Source: Rhodosorus marinus CCMP1338
Taxonomy: Eukaryota; Plantae; Rhodophyta
DNA: 64,000 nt
Assembly (NCBI GenBank): GCA_029953675.1
Contig: JAMWBK010000008.1
Coordinates: forward strand, 1,240,001 to 1,304,000
Direction: 5' to 3'
Made by a program: the position numbers and the translations under genes. Below the pieces are notes generated by a model, which ran no database searches, was not told the origin of the DNA, and was given only the letters and a program-made list of their open reading frames with translations. This document shows, piece by piece, positions 1 to 11,904 of the stretch (its first letter is position 1; each line of letters begins with the position of its first letter).

Positions 1-1494
1 TTCGGACGCTATGATCGTTCTCCATTTCCTCAATTTTGCTGACACACTAAATAACTGACTTGAGAAAAGACTATGCGCTTAAAATCGCACCGTCAGCTGC
101 TGGCCGGTATTCAAGCTTTTCTCTAGTAAGGACCCAGACTGCAACCCCTGACTCCTCTATCTTCAATGGTTTGCCCTCATCCATTCTGAGCCGAACTAAT
201 TCCAGGAAGCCTGCTGCAGCACCAGACCTCGAGAGAGCATTGCAGAGTTCTACTTGTTCCTAGTTCCGCTTGCATACATTTTATGATAGCCAAAACCCCC
301 AAGCCAGTCCTCTCCCCTCGACCGCGCCTGACTAGCATAGTACATAAATTCGTACCATAAAATCTTACGTGACAACAGGAAAAGCCAAAATTGAAGTCAT
401 CCAGATTTGCATCATCGCTTTCCATGTATCGGGAAGGCTGATTCCTAGTAAAAGTAAGGACGAGCAAAAAGCAACGCAGTCCTTTTTTGGTCTCAGGAGA
501 GACTGTCCCTGCGACAACCCGTCCCATCCGCTAATCTCCAAAAAGCTCCCCTGCACATTTCGGGCTCCTGTCCCAGGTGTCAATAGCGTCTCCGAGAGTT
601 GGAAACAAACGCCAGGGACGTTCAATACTCATCAGCTCCTTCGCATCGTCTATTGTTCGCTAGCTTCGTCAGTTGGCGAGTAGCGCAAAAGTGACAATGC
701 CCAGACGAGCGGCAACACGAGGTTCCAACCCCGGTATAGCTCCTGGGAGGAGGTTCTCGCGTCGGTTGGAAGCCCGGATATCCCAGGCTCTCCTGCTGCG
801 GTGAGTTTGGACATCGGTGAGATGGTTGCTGAGAACGGCATCCGTTTTGCTGAAGTCTACAATATTGTCGACACTGCCGATATGATTGCTGAAGACCCCG
901 AGGCTCCCTGAAAGGCCCAATCGCGGCTTTCACCCGCGAGGGTGCTCCAGGACCGATGTACTACAGAAATTCCTGTCGTAGGACATGCATCGGGACTTTG
1001 AGCTGCGTGTGGGACTGCGCTTATATCTGGGTCTCCCATCCAGCCGCTTCTCCCGTGAGTGCTGCACGGCAACGAAGACTGACATCTTTTCTGTGAGTTG
1101 GTAGAGGTGGATAGCCTTCTCCACCTCGACAAACGATAGGTCCACGCTTGTCCTGCCGTTGTACTTGGACACCGCGTGGACCTTGGTCCTCCAATAGCGG
1201 GGATCCTCGTAATATCACAAGGAAATCTCAGGTTGCTGAAAGTAGAATACGCCTCTGAGCAAAAAGCGCTCGAAGGGACTTCGCTTAATAGTGTCATGGT
1301 CATAATGATTGATTTGTGAAGGCGGAAACTCCGCCTCTTCCAATAAGCCAAGATGGCGATACTATCATTATTGATTGATTTACTCAGTTCCCTCCAGTTA
1401 CAAAGGTAAATAAACGGTTAGCGATTCACTGCCTCCAGGCATTATGTGGAACCCAGGTCCTAGACTTCTCCCGCGCCTCCTCTCTCCCCCCCCC

Positions 1495-1731
1495 CGGCTT
1501 ACCCCGATCATTGAGTGCTTTGGGTTCATGGACTCTGTTGGTTCTCGCTGGCTTCGGGAGTTGTTCCGCGAACGCCCTGACCGTCTTCAATCGTTGTTTA
1601 CCCGCTTAAGTTTCCTGCTGTGGCGCATGAATGCCGCTTTGATGTTGGAGGCGCGAGTACTTCGCCGCGCTTAGTCTTTTTTTCCCCTCGGGGTTTTTTT
1701 TTCAGCCTCCGATTAAACCATTCGTTCGTTT
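1495..1731 (+). mobile_element. 5'-truncated 3' end of lineage C CRE-like non-LTR retrotransposon
   Basis: Encodes IECFGFMDSVGSRWLRELFRERPDRLQSLFTRLSFLLWRMNAALMLEAR (end of endonuclease domain). Followed by a T-rich 3' UTR and a cattcgttcgtt tail. The same terminus recurs at 5870-6200 (-) and 14960-15190 (+). Confidence 0.8.
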
Positions 1732-1746
1732 CGATTAGGCTATCTA

Positions 1747-1912
1747 CTAGAACCAACCAAGAAGTTAATAATTCGACAGCCTTAATTAGGTTTCCCGCGG
1801 TGGCGCATGAGCCCTGCTTAATAATCAATCATTTCATTTTCTATAATTTACTAGAAAACTGGTTGTTGGTTTTTTCTGGCAGATCAGCAGATTGCTTTAC
1901 AACTAATCCGCA
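1747..1912 (+). repeat. Dispersed diverged repeat, copy 1 (partner at 2653-2810)
   Basis: cagcctt(a/c)attaggtttc...aatcaatcatttc...actagaaaactgg...tttacaactaatc is present twice. Part of it resembles a degenerate lineage C 3' end. Confidence 0.7.
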
Positions 1913-2652
1913 GGGTAAGAATAGCCCAGGCGGCGATGGTAGGCCTCGGCAAGCGTGCTACTAGAGTATCGCCAAGGAGCGACTCTGAAAAGGCGTAGGA
2001 GCTCCAAATACTCTACAGGATAGTCAGGTAAGCATTTACGCAGCCACTCCAATCCCGACTTGTCCGGTGGCCAAAGGTTGCTTGTATGAAAGGCTGGGAG
2101 CTGTAAGGACCCTCAGTACAGTGGAGACTGACATTCTCTCAGAATACGGGCGTTCCTTCACTCGACGAAGAACCAAGGGGACTGCCCGCCGGCGGAGGGC
2201 CATTCTTCTTACTAGCCTTGGCCGAAGCGCCACGCAAACTATGAATGATTGATTTGATCGGACTCTGAAAGAAAAACTCCGAGGGAAAATCAAGACTAAG
2301 CGCAGCCCCCAATGATAGCAGAAGACCAGTACAAAATTCGCTCAAGGAGGTGGTGGAATACGAATCAGTCCTGGCACACAGCCAAAAAGAATTGTGCAAA
2401 GAGTTGCTGTGCGTGTGGAGTGCAGCAGAACCAGCGTCCTATTTCGAATCTTCAATTGAGCGCCATCTGTTACGAGAAATCCCCCTTATGCTTAAAAATG
2501 CTCATGGCGCGTAAGGTACTAGGGAATGTGTATCGACCGAAACGTTTCTCAACTCAATCGATTTCATATCAAGTTCTCATTCCTTAGTCAACACGCAGCA
2601 GAGCGATCCTATTTCATATCTGCGGAGCTTATCTGCAACGTTTTTATTGCTG

Positions 2653-2810
2653 CTAGAACCTATTACAAAATCCGCAGCCTTCATTAGGTTTCTTGCTGTC
2701 GCGCCTGAACGCTGCTTATTAATCAATCATTTCGTTTTCTATAAATTACTAGAAAACTGGTTTTTGCTTTTTTTTAGCAGATTAGCTGATTTCTTTACAA
2801 CTAATCTGCG
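2653..2810 (+). repeat. Dispersed diverged repeat, copy 2
   Basis: Aligns by eye with 1747-1912. Confidence 0.7.
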
Positions 2811-3492
2811 CCTACCCCATGCACATCCCGGAGATTTCTTCAGAGTTCAATCCCAAAGTCAACACATAGCGGATGACAGGATCCGTTTCGAGTATCTGTG
2901 TACCTCCCAAAGTCAACACACATTGGAGCAGATGTCACGCAACATCCGCAGCCGACGGCAAAACTCGTCCTTGCAAACGGACGAATTTTTTTGGATCGGC
3001 ATGAGATTAAGTCTACAGATAGCCCAATCATTCAACTCGCTTTCGGCGATCAAAAACCAGCATGTCCACAGCTCGCTCGCAAGAAGGGAACCCGGGCCCC
3101 CCCCTTTCTGTGTTATCTATTAATCGTTTACAGTCGGTGTTGCATACTATATTGGCATCGTAGACTCTATACCACCCCAGAAACGTACAGAAAGTCGCTG
3201 ATAGGTGCATATGTTTTTGTGCGTGGATATCGGCATATTCGATTCCTTAGCACTCCAGAAACTTACAGGTTGAGCAGAACGGAACTTCTGGGTAAGCATA
3301 CAGTTATGTCACGGAACCGGTCGCGGAACTGGTATAAAAGACATGGACAGGAAGTGGTGCATAGCGGCAGTCTAGTTCTGTTCTGGGCAACTCGTTGAGT
3401 GACGTAGATAGAAATTCTCTGATTAAAGAAAAAAAAGCAAAAGTAGTCAAGGGTTAGGGCAGAGATCCCTCGTGGGAAGCCGTCTTTGAGCT

Positions 3493-5612
3493 ATGAGGAG
3501 CCGGATCGTTCTAGTGGTCGTGCTAGTTTTTCTTTTCGCGTCTGATTCTGAGGCGAAAATTGGCGGCACCTTGGGCGATATAATTGAAAAAGGCCGTGAT
3601 TTTGCCCGTGACGAGGCGAAAGAGCTGCAGAAAGGCTTAGACAAGGCCAAGGAAGTATTCGATGATATCATTAAGGATATCGAAGATGGAGTAGTCGACA
3701 ACTTGGAGGATTTTGCGGAGGATCTGAAGCGGAAATTCACTGACTTTGACGTCGACGACCTCCTTGGCGGCGTAGTAGAAAAGATCATTGACACAGAATG
3801 CGATCCCGCTGATCTGAGCCCGTTCAGGGATCATCAGGTTGTACTCACCTATGACATAACATCAGACCACTACGAGCAGATCCTAGCGGGAATTTTGGTT
3901 GATATTTTTGGAGGCTCTGGGGCCGGTACTACCACAGTGCTGAACTTGATCTTGACGGACATGCTCGTTCACTTGGGAGGCCAGATTCAAAATGAAGAGA
4001 GGGATGACCTGCTGAGGGTGGTTGAGAGGGCAATCTCAGGTGTTCTCAAGGACGGTACAATTGAATCGGAGCACTTCATACTACTCACCAGGTTCATTAC
4101 CAGAAAGTGTAGAATAGTTCTTGAGCAGTGCGTACCAGAGATCGATCTCGACTTTTTCAAAACTCCCTCCAATTTATGCTTCAGGGGAACGCAAGGTTAC
4201 AACGAGCACACGTTCGTAATCGTTATTGATTACAAGCGTACATCATCCAGTATACCGAAACTGCCTCCACCACCAGGAATGACCAGGCACCAGATTTGTA
4301 TCCAGGAATGCAAGGCTTCGGTCACAGAGTTGGAACGGACATGCAGAGTCAGACGTGGTCCACACAACTGCGACTGCTTGACAAGCTCTGACACAAGCGA
4401 TCGAGAGCTGATCGACAGGGAGAGACATGCAAGACTCACCTGCCAGCACGGATGCAGCGTAGGCTCCCTCTACCATGGCACACCTGGTGGATACATCCGT
4501 GAGCACGAGAACGAGTGGTGGCGTATTGCAAGAGATCCTTCCGTCTATCCACACGAAGGCAAGTTTTGTGGAAACATTTGTAACTACGTGTGCCGACACG
4601 GAAAAATCCCGGAACTTGAGCACTTCTGCAGGAGACCAGCCCAAGGACCAGGCCACAACTGTGACTGTCTCACGGACGATGTACCGATTAGTCGCTGAAG
4701 GACAGGGAGAGACATGCAAGACTCACCTGCCAGCACGGATGCACTATCGATAACAAATATGTTCCGGAGGAGCGCAACGAATGGTGGTTAAAGGCGCGAG
4801 ATCCTGTTGTGTACCCACATGAAGGCAAGTTTTGCGGGAACGTATGCAACCACGAGTGCAAGAATTTTATCCCAGGTCTAGAAAATAGTTGCAAGATCAA
4901 GAGCGGTCCACATCAGTGCGATTGTAGTTCGGATACCAGCGATGTCTTAGCCCATTTGAGAGAGGCGAGGGCCTTGGTTCAGTGCACACAGGGATGCAAC
5001 ATCGCAGGTGAATACGTGGAGAGGGAAGACAACGATGTGTACAATCTCTACGTCAACACAGGCAAGTACCCTGCGAGAGGAGCTAACTGTGGTACAAACC
5101 CTTGCGTCAACGAGTGCAAATCGTCGATTTTTCAGCTTGAACAGCACTGCAAGATAAGACGAGGAAAGAACAACTGCAACTGTCTTGAGGATATCGCAGA
5201 TAAACGGCTGCAGGAGAAGGAACTCAAGGCTAGGAATCTCTGTGATCGTGGATGTAACGTTAATAGAGAGTACATTAAGAAGGCTGATAATGAATGGTGG
5301 AATAGAATGCGTAGGTCGGACAAATACCCTGCGACAGGAGCTAACTGTGGTACAAACCCTTGCGTCAACGAGTTCAAATCGTCGATTTTTCAGCTTGAAC
5401 AGCACTGCAAGATAAGACGAGGAAAGAACAACTGCAACTGTCTTGAGGATATCGCAGATAAACGGCTGCAGGAGAAGGAACTCAAGGCTAGGAATCTCTG
5501 TGATCGTGGATGTAACGTTAATAGAGAGTACATTAAGAAGGCTAATAATGAATGGTGGAATAGAATGCGTAGGTCGGACAAATATCCTGCGAGGGGCAAG
5601 AACTGCAGATAA
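3493..5612 (+). CDS. Secreted cysteine-rich tandem-repeat protein, with one frameshift near 4690
   Basis: Signal peptide MRSRIVLVVVLVFLFASDSEA, an acidic amphipathic segment, then about five 86-90 aa repeats (C-x3-C...NCDCL...C-x2-GC...EWW...YP...C). ORFs 3493-4698 and 4809-5612 join by one frame change (LIDRERHARLTCQHG vs LKDRERHARLTCQHG). Confidence 0.75.
5079..5594 (+). repeat. 258-bp (86-codon) near-identical tandem duplication inside the Cys-rich gene
   Basis: ggagctaactgtggtacaaaccc starts at both 5079 and 5337; the copies differ by only a few substitutions. Confidence 0.9.
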
Positions 5613-5869
5613 AGTGACTGAGGTGAACGATGAAGGTGTTTAACGGTTGCGTGTTGATCTTGCTTAAAATCCAGTCAGTCAATTTTGTAAATGATTGACC
5701 TCCTCAATCAACTCTTTTTTCTCGTCGATTTTTTTAGCCACCAATAAACACATTCAGTCAATCAATATCAATGTTTTTGTGGTATATCCGAGAAATACAT
5801 TCATTCAATCAACATGTGCCGCGGAAATTGTCGGAATTCTGTCCTGTCATTGAATGAATCTTTGAATAC

Positions 5870-6420
5870 GAAAAACGAATTGCTTAGTTGGAGCTACAAT
5901 AAGAAAACCGCGAGGGGAAAAAAGACTAAGCGCCACGAAGGTCGAGTGCCTCCAAGATCAACGTAGCGTTCATACGGCACAACAAGAAACTCAATCGGGT
6001 AAATGAATGAATGTTAAGTTGGAGACTAAAAGTATAAAAAAAACCGCGAGGGGAAAAAAGACTAAGCGCCATGAAGGTCGCGCGCCTCCAGGATCAACGC
6101 AGCGTTCATACGCCACAACAAGAAACTCAATCGGGTAAACAAGGAATGAAGATGGTCCGGGCGTTCGGGGAAGACCTCTCGAGCACGTCGGTTGCAACGA
6201 TACAACTGAATGAATGGGGCGTGGAAGGTGTTACAAGAGCTTTTCGGAGCTGGGCAATCACGTGCATCTGCACGCTTCGCCAGCCACCGCCAACAGTGAT
6301 TCGGTAGCGAGCGGAACCAATAGGTGAGCCGTTGACCGCAGCAATATCGATAGAGCAAAAGGGAGCACTGGAGAACACCTCGAGGCAGCCGATTCAGCTC
6401 CGACACGAGCTGACGGTGCT
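5870..6420 (-). mobile_element. Lineage C fragments: internally deleted copy plus a tandem second 3' end
   Basis: LVSELNRLPRGVLQCSLLLYRYCCGQRLTYWFRSLP (post-RT region) is joined close to RERPDHLHSLFTRLSFLLWRMNAA. The terminal ~120 bp occurs twice head-to-tail. Confidence 0.75.
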
Positions 6421-6429
6421 ACTCAGAAA

Positions 6430-9400
6430 CTGTAGTCAGAGCTTACGTTGATATGTGAACCGGTTATTTGTTAGCTGGGTTGGGCGCGATTGAGTTTGTT
6501 CGCGATCTTCGTGTGGGCAGCCATCTTTCTGCGGCTGTTCCTCGCCTTTCCCGGCGTTTCCGGGTCGTCCGCGAAGGGGTTTTTGGGTTGTTCTGGTCTG
6601 GGAAGGTGGTTCCGGTACGGGATTGGTCTCATCTTGGCGTTGCTGTTTTACTCGGCGATATTTCGGTCATCGGCGGTGCTTGTGGGGTACAACTGCGCCA
6701 CTCTTCCCCCAGCGTCCCTCTGAATTTCCGCTTCAGATGGTTTCGTCAACTGCCTCTCCGCAGGCAGTGGAGCTACGACTCGGGAGATTCGGCACACTCG
6801 CCCAGCTGCCAGGTTGCACCAAGGCTACTGCGGAAGCCTTTGTTGTCCGAATTGCTCGCGCTGTTGCTGCTGCTGCTGAAGCCAACCGCCTCGCGGAGCT
6901 GGCTTCCACCCTGACTGCTTTTGCCGATGCCCAGTGCCCCGGCGCCACGACGGCGGCCGCTGATGTCCCACTTGCGCGTGTCCCATCAGGGACAAGCGCG
7001 GTTGCGACAGGTGTCCATGAGACAGCTGTCCTCCCGAATCGATCTCTTCTGGCCGACTCTCTGTGTCTGGTCCCGTGCCCCCTGCCGCCGCTACCCGCCC
7101 GGTGCGGCCTTCCTACTCCCAAGTGCTCCGCCGTGGGTCCGTCGAGGTCCGCGCGGAGGCCCTGGTACGTACGTTACCTGCTGAGCCTGCCGTTGACTCT
7201 GTTCAACGGATCATATCTCCTCCCCGCTGGGTCTTGATGGCCAACGTGCGACCCCAGCGCTCCTCGCGCTCCGGGGCCCGCATTCCTGTTCGCGATTTCG
7301 TGACACGATGGCCTCGTGTCTCGGCGCGTCGCCCCGCGATTTTCTCTACGTTGATTTTTCGGGACCCCAGCTTGCTTCTTGGTGACAGATACGGCGCACC
7401 AAATCCTATCTACTTCGTTGAAAACGCCTCCTGCGCAGAGACCTGTTTTAGCGAATAAGGTTTTGACACGCGCCCGTGTTTCTTTAATGTTCGATTTTGA
7501 TCGTTTCGCCGCGGAATCCCTCGCCCCTTCGGATCTCCTTGGCGCTAGCGCAGCATTCATTCAGCGCAGAGGACATTCTGACCTTGCCGGTCTCGGCCCA
7601 TTTTGAACGGCTTTCAAGGGTTCAGAAAAACCTGCTAGATCGGCTCCCAAATAGGGGTTTCTTCCATGCTGCGGTCCAAGATTTCCTTGCCTCGGAGACT
7701 TCGCTTTTGGAGAATCATCCTGACTTTGCTCCCGCTGGGCGAATTTCTGTCGGTGCGGAGCCTTGTGACGACGTGGGGGAGCTACCTTCTATGGATGTAA
7801 ATGTCGATCCAGAGGTGGACCCGCTCGCCATTGAGCCGAGCACCCCTTCGCCCTTTGGCGTCCGGGGGAGGGTCTCCGGCTCCTTAGGGGCTATCTATGC
7901 ATCCCTCTCCTCTTTGCGTGCCCCTCCGCTCAAGCGCCCTTTCTTGGCGCCAGTTGCGGGGGGAAATTCTTCTGATTCCGTTGCGGATTCGCATCCCATA
8001 AACGCTTCCTCCGTGGTGAGGGAGCAGGATGTCTGAGTCTTTTAGGGAACATTGCGAGCTTCCTGCTTTCTTTCCGAGCCCAGGTGGCTTTGAGGACTGG
8101 CGTTCTCGCCTTTTCTCTTGGTTCGAAGGTTTTGTTGGGCGTTTTCCTTCTGCGTATATCCCTCTTTGCCCTCGTTCGCCCCCAGTCTCTCTCCCTCATC
8201 GTTGGTGAGGGTTTCTTTTCTTTTGGATTTCCTGCTTATGGAGGTGGCCGACCATCCTCAAGCAGCACTTGCTTGGAAGCTTTTGTTTGTTTTTCCTCGG
8301 CTAGCGCTCACGGTCTCCCAGGGGCGCGATGCATGTCCAATTAGACGCAAAGTTCAGTCTTTTCTGGCGGGGGACTTTGCTTTCTTAGAATCTTTATACC
8401 TCGCTAGTGTCTCTTCTTCCTCTTCGTTCGGGACTTCACCTTCTTCCCGTTCCCGTAGGCAGGTATGGGCAAAGGCAGCAGTGGCACAGGGGGATATTCG
8501 GCGTGGGGCGGCCATCCTCCAGCAAGGCGCTTCAGTCGAGCCGTATCGAACTGACCTGGCTGATCCAGTCGCCGCGTTGTTCCCCGCGCGCGACGTGAGT
8601 TGGAACTCTGAGTTCCAGCGTGTCTTAGATCCTTTTGTCGATTCCTCACGCGGTAGGGGTCGGTTGCTTGTCCGGCCGGATGAGGTTCTGGCTCTGCTTA
8701 GGTCCGCCCCGAAAGGTCGTGCACCTGGTCCCTCAGGACTCCGGGTCGAACTTTTTCACTGGTTGGGTGAAGAAGGGCTGGACGTCTTTGCGCGGGTACT
8801 GGAGGGTCTTTTCAATGGGGACGATTTTTGCGCAGAGGCCTGGGCACTATTGTCGCGCTCCCAACTGGTCCTCTTGCCCAAGCCTGGACATTCAGGCCAG
8901 ACACCTTCCCTTCGGCCAATCGGGATGTGCGAAGCATTGCGGAAGCTGGCGAGCCGCTTTCTATCGCGTCAGCTCACTAGGGAGGCCACGGGTTTTTTGG
9001 GTTGACCCGGGTCGGTGTCGGCTATTCAACTGGTGACGCGTATCCTGCAGCTACGGTCTCCTTGATGAGCCCTTGGGCACGCTTTCTGTGGATTTCGCCA
9101 ACGCGTTTAACAGTGTGTCTCGAGCACACGCGCTTGAGGTAGTTCGTCAGCTTTTCCCCTCTGGCTTCCCGTTCTTACGCCGCGTATATGGTGAAGCGCC
9201 GAACGGGTCCCGATTTGCCACCTTGGGTGCCGAGAGCCACACCTTTGCGGCTCATACGGGTGTGCAGCAGGGCGATCCCTTAGGGCCGTTCCTGCACGCC
9301 TGTGGATTGCAACTGGTGCTGTTGCGGCCGAAACATCAGTTCCCGCGGGTCCGTGCAGTCGCCTTCCATGACGATGTAACGCTTCTTGGCACTCCCGACG

Positions 9401-9742
9401 ATCTGGTGCCGGCCTACGATTTTCTCGGCGAGGTGGCTTCCTTGGTGGGGCAGCGCATTAACCATGCCAAGTGCGATTTCTGGGGGGGTCTCACTGCACC
9501 TTGGACGCGGTTCCATCCAGGTTCAGAGATATTTGGCGAGCTGAGGGCTTCCTTCTGTTCGGTGTCCCCATAGGCACCCCGATATTTGTTGAACGCAGCC
9601 TCTCCGCGCTCCTGAGTCATCACGATGAGCTCCTGACTGAGCTGTGCAGTCTCCCAGAAGGGTACCTCCAGACCGCTCTGCTCATCTTCCGGTTCAGCGC
9701 GTGCCAGAGGCTGACCTATTTTTTGCGGCAGCTACCCTAGGT
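6430..9742 (+). mobile_element. Lineage C CRE-like non-LTR retrotransposon, 5' region and RT, frameshifted, 3'-truncated
   Basis: RT motifs GRAPGPSGLR, LRPIGMCEALRKL, VDFANAFNSVSR, GVQQGDPLGP, AFHDDVTLLG across ORFs 8118-9005, 9073-9573 and 9471-9740. The 5' boundary is approximate. Confidence 0.85.
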
Positions 9743-10542
9743 ACCTGGCTGCCAGACTTGCCAACGAAACACAGACGCGGCCTGAGTAGCGGGGAACTGA
9801 ACCTGAGCCTGCGACAACTGATGGGATTGACGCTCCCGGGTGTACGAACACTACGTCTACGATCTGTTCACAGTAACATGACGCTGCAGGCATTCAATGC
9901 CTCCACAACTGCACCAGCTCTACAGGGAGCTGGACACTTCGGCACAACATGGTCAGGGACGCACTGGCGACACAACTGGGACAATGGCGACTAGAAGTGA
10001 CAGTAGAACCGACTGGACACTACTAATGCAGTCGACTCCGCCCTGACATCCTAGCTCGACACCCACGGACAGGCAAGCTCCCCGTCATCGATGTGAAGGT
10101 GACCTCGCCGTTGCAAAGAACACACATACACAAAGCGTCTTGGGAGACCGGGTATGCGGCGCACAAAGTGGAAAAGCTTAAAGAGTCCAAATACCGTGAC
10201 AGTATCGGAGAACACAATGACAACATCTTCGTGCCCTTCTGTCTGGAAACCTTTGGGCAGATGGGAAAATAAGCGGGTGAATTCCTCAAGGAAGTGACTG
10301 TACACCTGGATAAGAGGGAAACGCAAGCAAGTGAGGCTCGGGCGATTTTGAACCGCACTCTGAGGAAAGGAAACGCCTTGCTCGCCACCCAGGCTCGTCG
10401 TGTCGACGAAGCAGACTACGAAATCGTCCCTTTCTCATACTGTAGCCACACAACCCATTAGGGGTTTCTTTGCTGACCAATAGAATCCTTATTCCTTCTT
10501 AATGAGCTCCAATAGGGAGGAGCTCTTCAGTAAAGTGTACAC
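9743..10542 (+). mobile_element. Lineage B CRE-like element, 3' part (RLE domain and 3' UTR)
   Basis: GTWLPDLP..ELNLSLRQLMGL, LRHNMVRD, LRPDILARHP..IDVKVTSP, FVPFCLETFG. The 3' UTR ends agtaaagtgtacac directly before the 16-bp repeat. Confidence 0.85.
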
Positions 10543-10562
10543 GGTTACGTTAGTCTGGGGTT
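10543..10562 (+). repeat. Telomere-like repeat (G-rich on +)
   Basis: ggttacgttagtctggggtt. Confidence 0.85.
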
Positions 10563-10566
10563 GAAT

Positions 10567-10638
10567 TCCTTCGTAGTCTAGTGGCTAGGATAGCGGTCTC
10601 TCACACCGTTGGCCCGGGTTCGATTCCCGGCGGGGGAA
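10567..10638 (+). tRNA. tRNA-Glu (anticodon CTC)
   Basis: Folds as a cloverleaf: TCCTTCG/CGGGGGA acceptor stem, D-loop AGTGGCT, GCGGT-CTCTCAC-ACCGT anticodon arm, CCGGG-TTCGATT-CCCGG T-arm. No encoded CCA; TTTT lies 4 nt downstream. Confidence 0.92.
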
Positions 10639-10646
10639 TAAGTTTT

Positions 10647-11571
10647 AAGACCCTCTCGAGAGAGGCACACCACACTGCTTTCACCCGGCTGGTCACTTAT
10701 CCCCTAGTCGACCCCGAACACAGAGCTCGAATCCGCTCCGCAGCAGGAGCCGGTTCAGGCATCTGGCTCAGGGATTTGCCTCAATTTGACCCCCCTGAAA
10801 ATTGAGTGGTAAGGGCATGCACCTGAACATACGAGAGTTGTCTGGGCTCCCGATTCCGGGATCGCCGAGCACGGAAAAGTGTACTACGTGCAATAGTACG
10901 CGCCGTACAAACAGCGTACAAAGATTCCTCATTGTCAGACTTCGACTGGGCTGTGGCAATGGCGACATGATAAGATCTGCACTGAGCTGGCGCGCTGGCT
11001 TAACAGATGGCACTTCAGAGACGTTCAGCAAGAACCTACAGATTACTTCACAAACTCGAATCTGAGACCGGATCTGGTGACTGTCCACCCTCGAACATGG
11101 CAAAGATTTGCGATCGATGTGCAGTGGTGTCACCCCTACAGGCAAGATACCTACCCAAGAGCAAAGACAATAATGGATACTCAGCGAAACAGGCGGAGCG
11201 CTGGAAACTTGCGCACTAGAAGAAGGCTATGGCGACAGAGCATCCAGATGACAAACTGATTCCGATTGCTATTGAAACCTTCGGGAGGACTGGTCAGATT
11301 ACACAGGATTTCCTACGGGAGGCTGCGGCCACATGCTCACCAAGCAGTACGAGTTGAGCAATGTGAGGGCTCAACTACACAGGACATTTTGGTCAGGGAA
11401 AGCAGAGCTTGCTTTAGGGGCTTTGCGTGTGGATCAGTCGGACCAACCACTGATTTTTCTTTTTATCGTAGCTAGCGACCCCGGGTTGCTGGGGATAAAC
11501 CCAACAATCTTCCCTAGATAGTGATAGAACTAGTCTTGCGCTGCATTAGGCAGTTGCCCAGTAAAGTCTAC
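10647..11571 (+). mobile_element. Lineage A 5'-truncated element (zinc knuckle, RLE, 3' UTR), decayed
   Basis: KTLSREAHHTAF..HRARIRSAAGAGSGIWLR, RPDLV, IPIAIETFG. The terminus gcattaggcagttgcccagtaaagtctac matches the lineage A 3' end. Confidence 0.85.
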
Positions 11572-11904
11572 AGTTACACATGTATTACGACATTCAGGTC
11601 CGATATTTGCACACCCAATCGGACAACTTTTTATCGGATTGAAATGGCAACCATAGCTTAGCCAATGCCATGTGTGGGCTGTGAGGTTCTTGCTTAGGAC
11701 AACAGTCTCATCTCTAAACAAGTCTCTATTTGGATGCTTTCATGTAGCAATCGGGGTCCTTTGAACACACTCATATCTTCTTGTGCATATGGAAGTCACT
11801 TTACTGGCTCCTGCGGGTGAAGAATATATTCCACAGCTTTCTTGATCTACGTACGAAACGTACTGCATTGTTTCGGAGTGTTTGCATACGTAGAACGTAA
11901 AGTT

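Noticed and set aside
60-1351. Short overlapping ORFs at the window start
   Set aside because: No recognisable domain or consistent frame. They may be a degraded gene but cannot be supported.
2067-2520. Protein-like fragment (…LKEVVEYESVLAHSQKELCKELLCVW…)
   Set aside because: Interrupted by stops and no family recognised.
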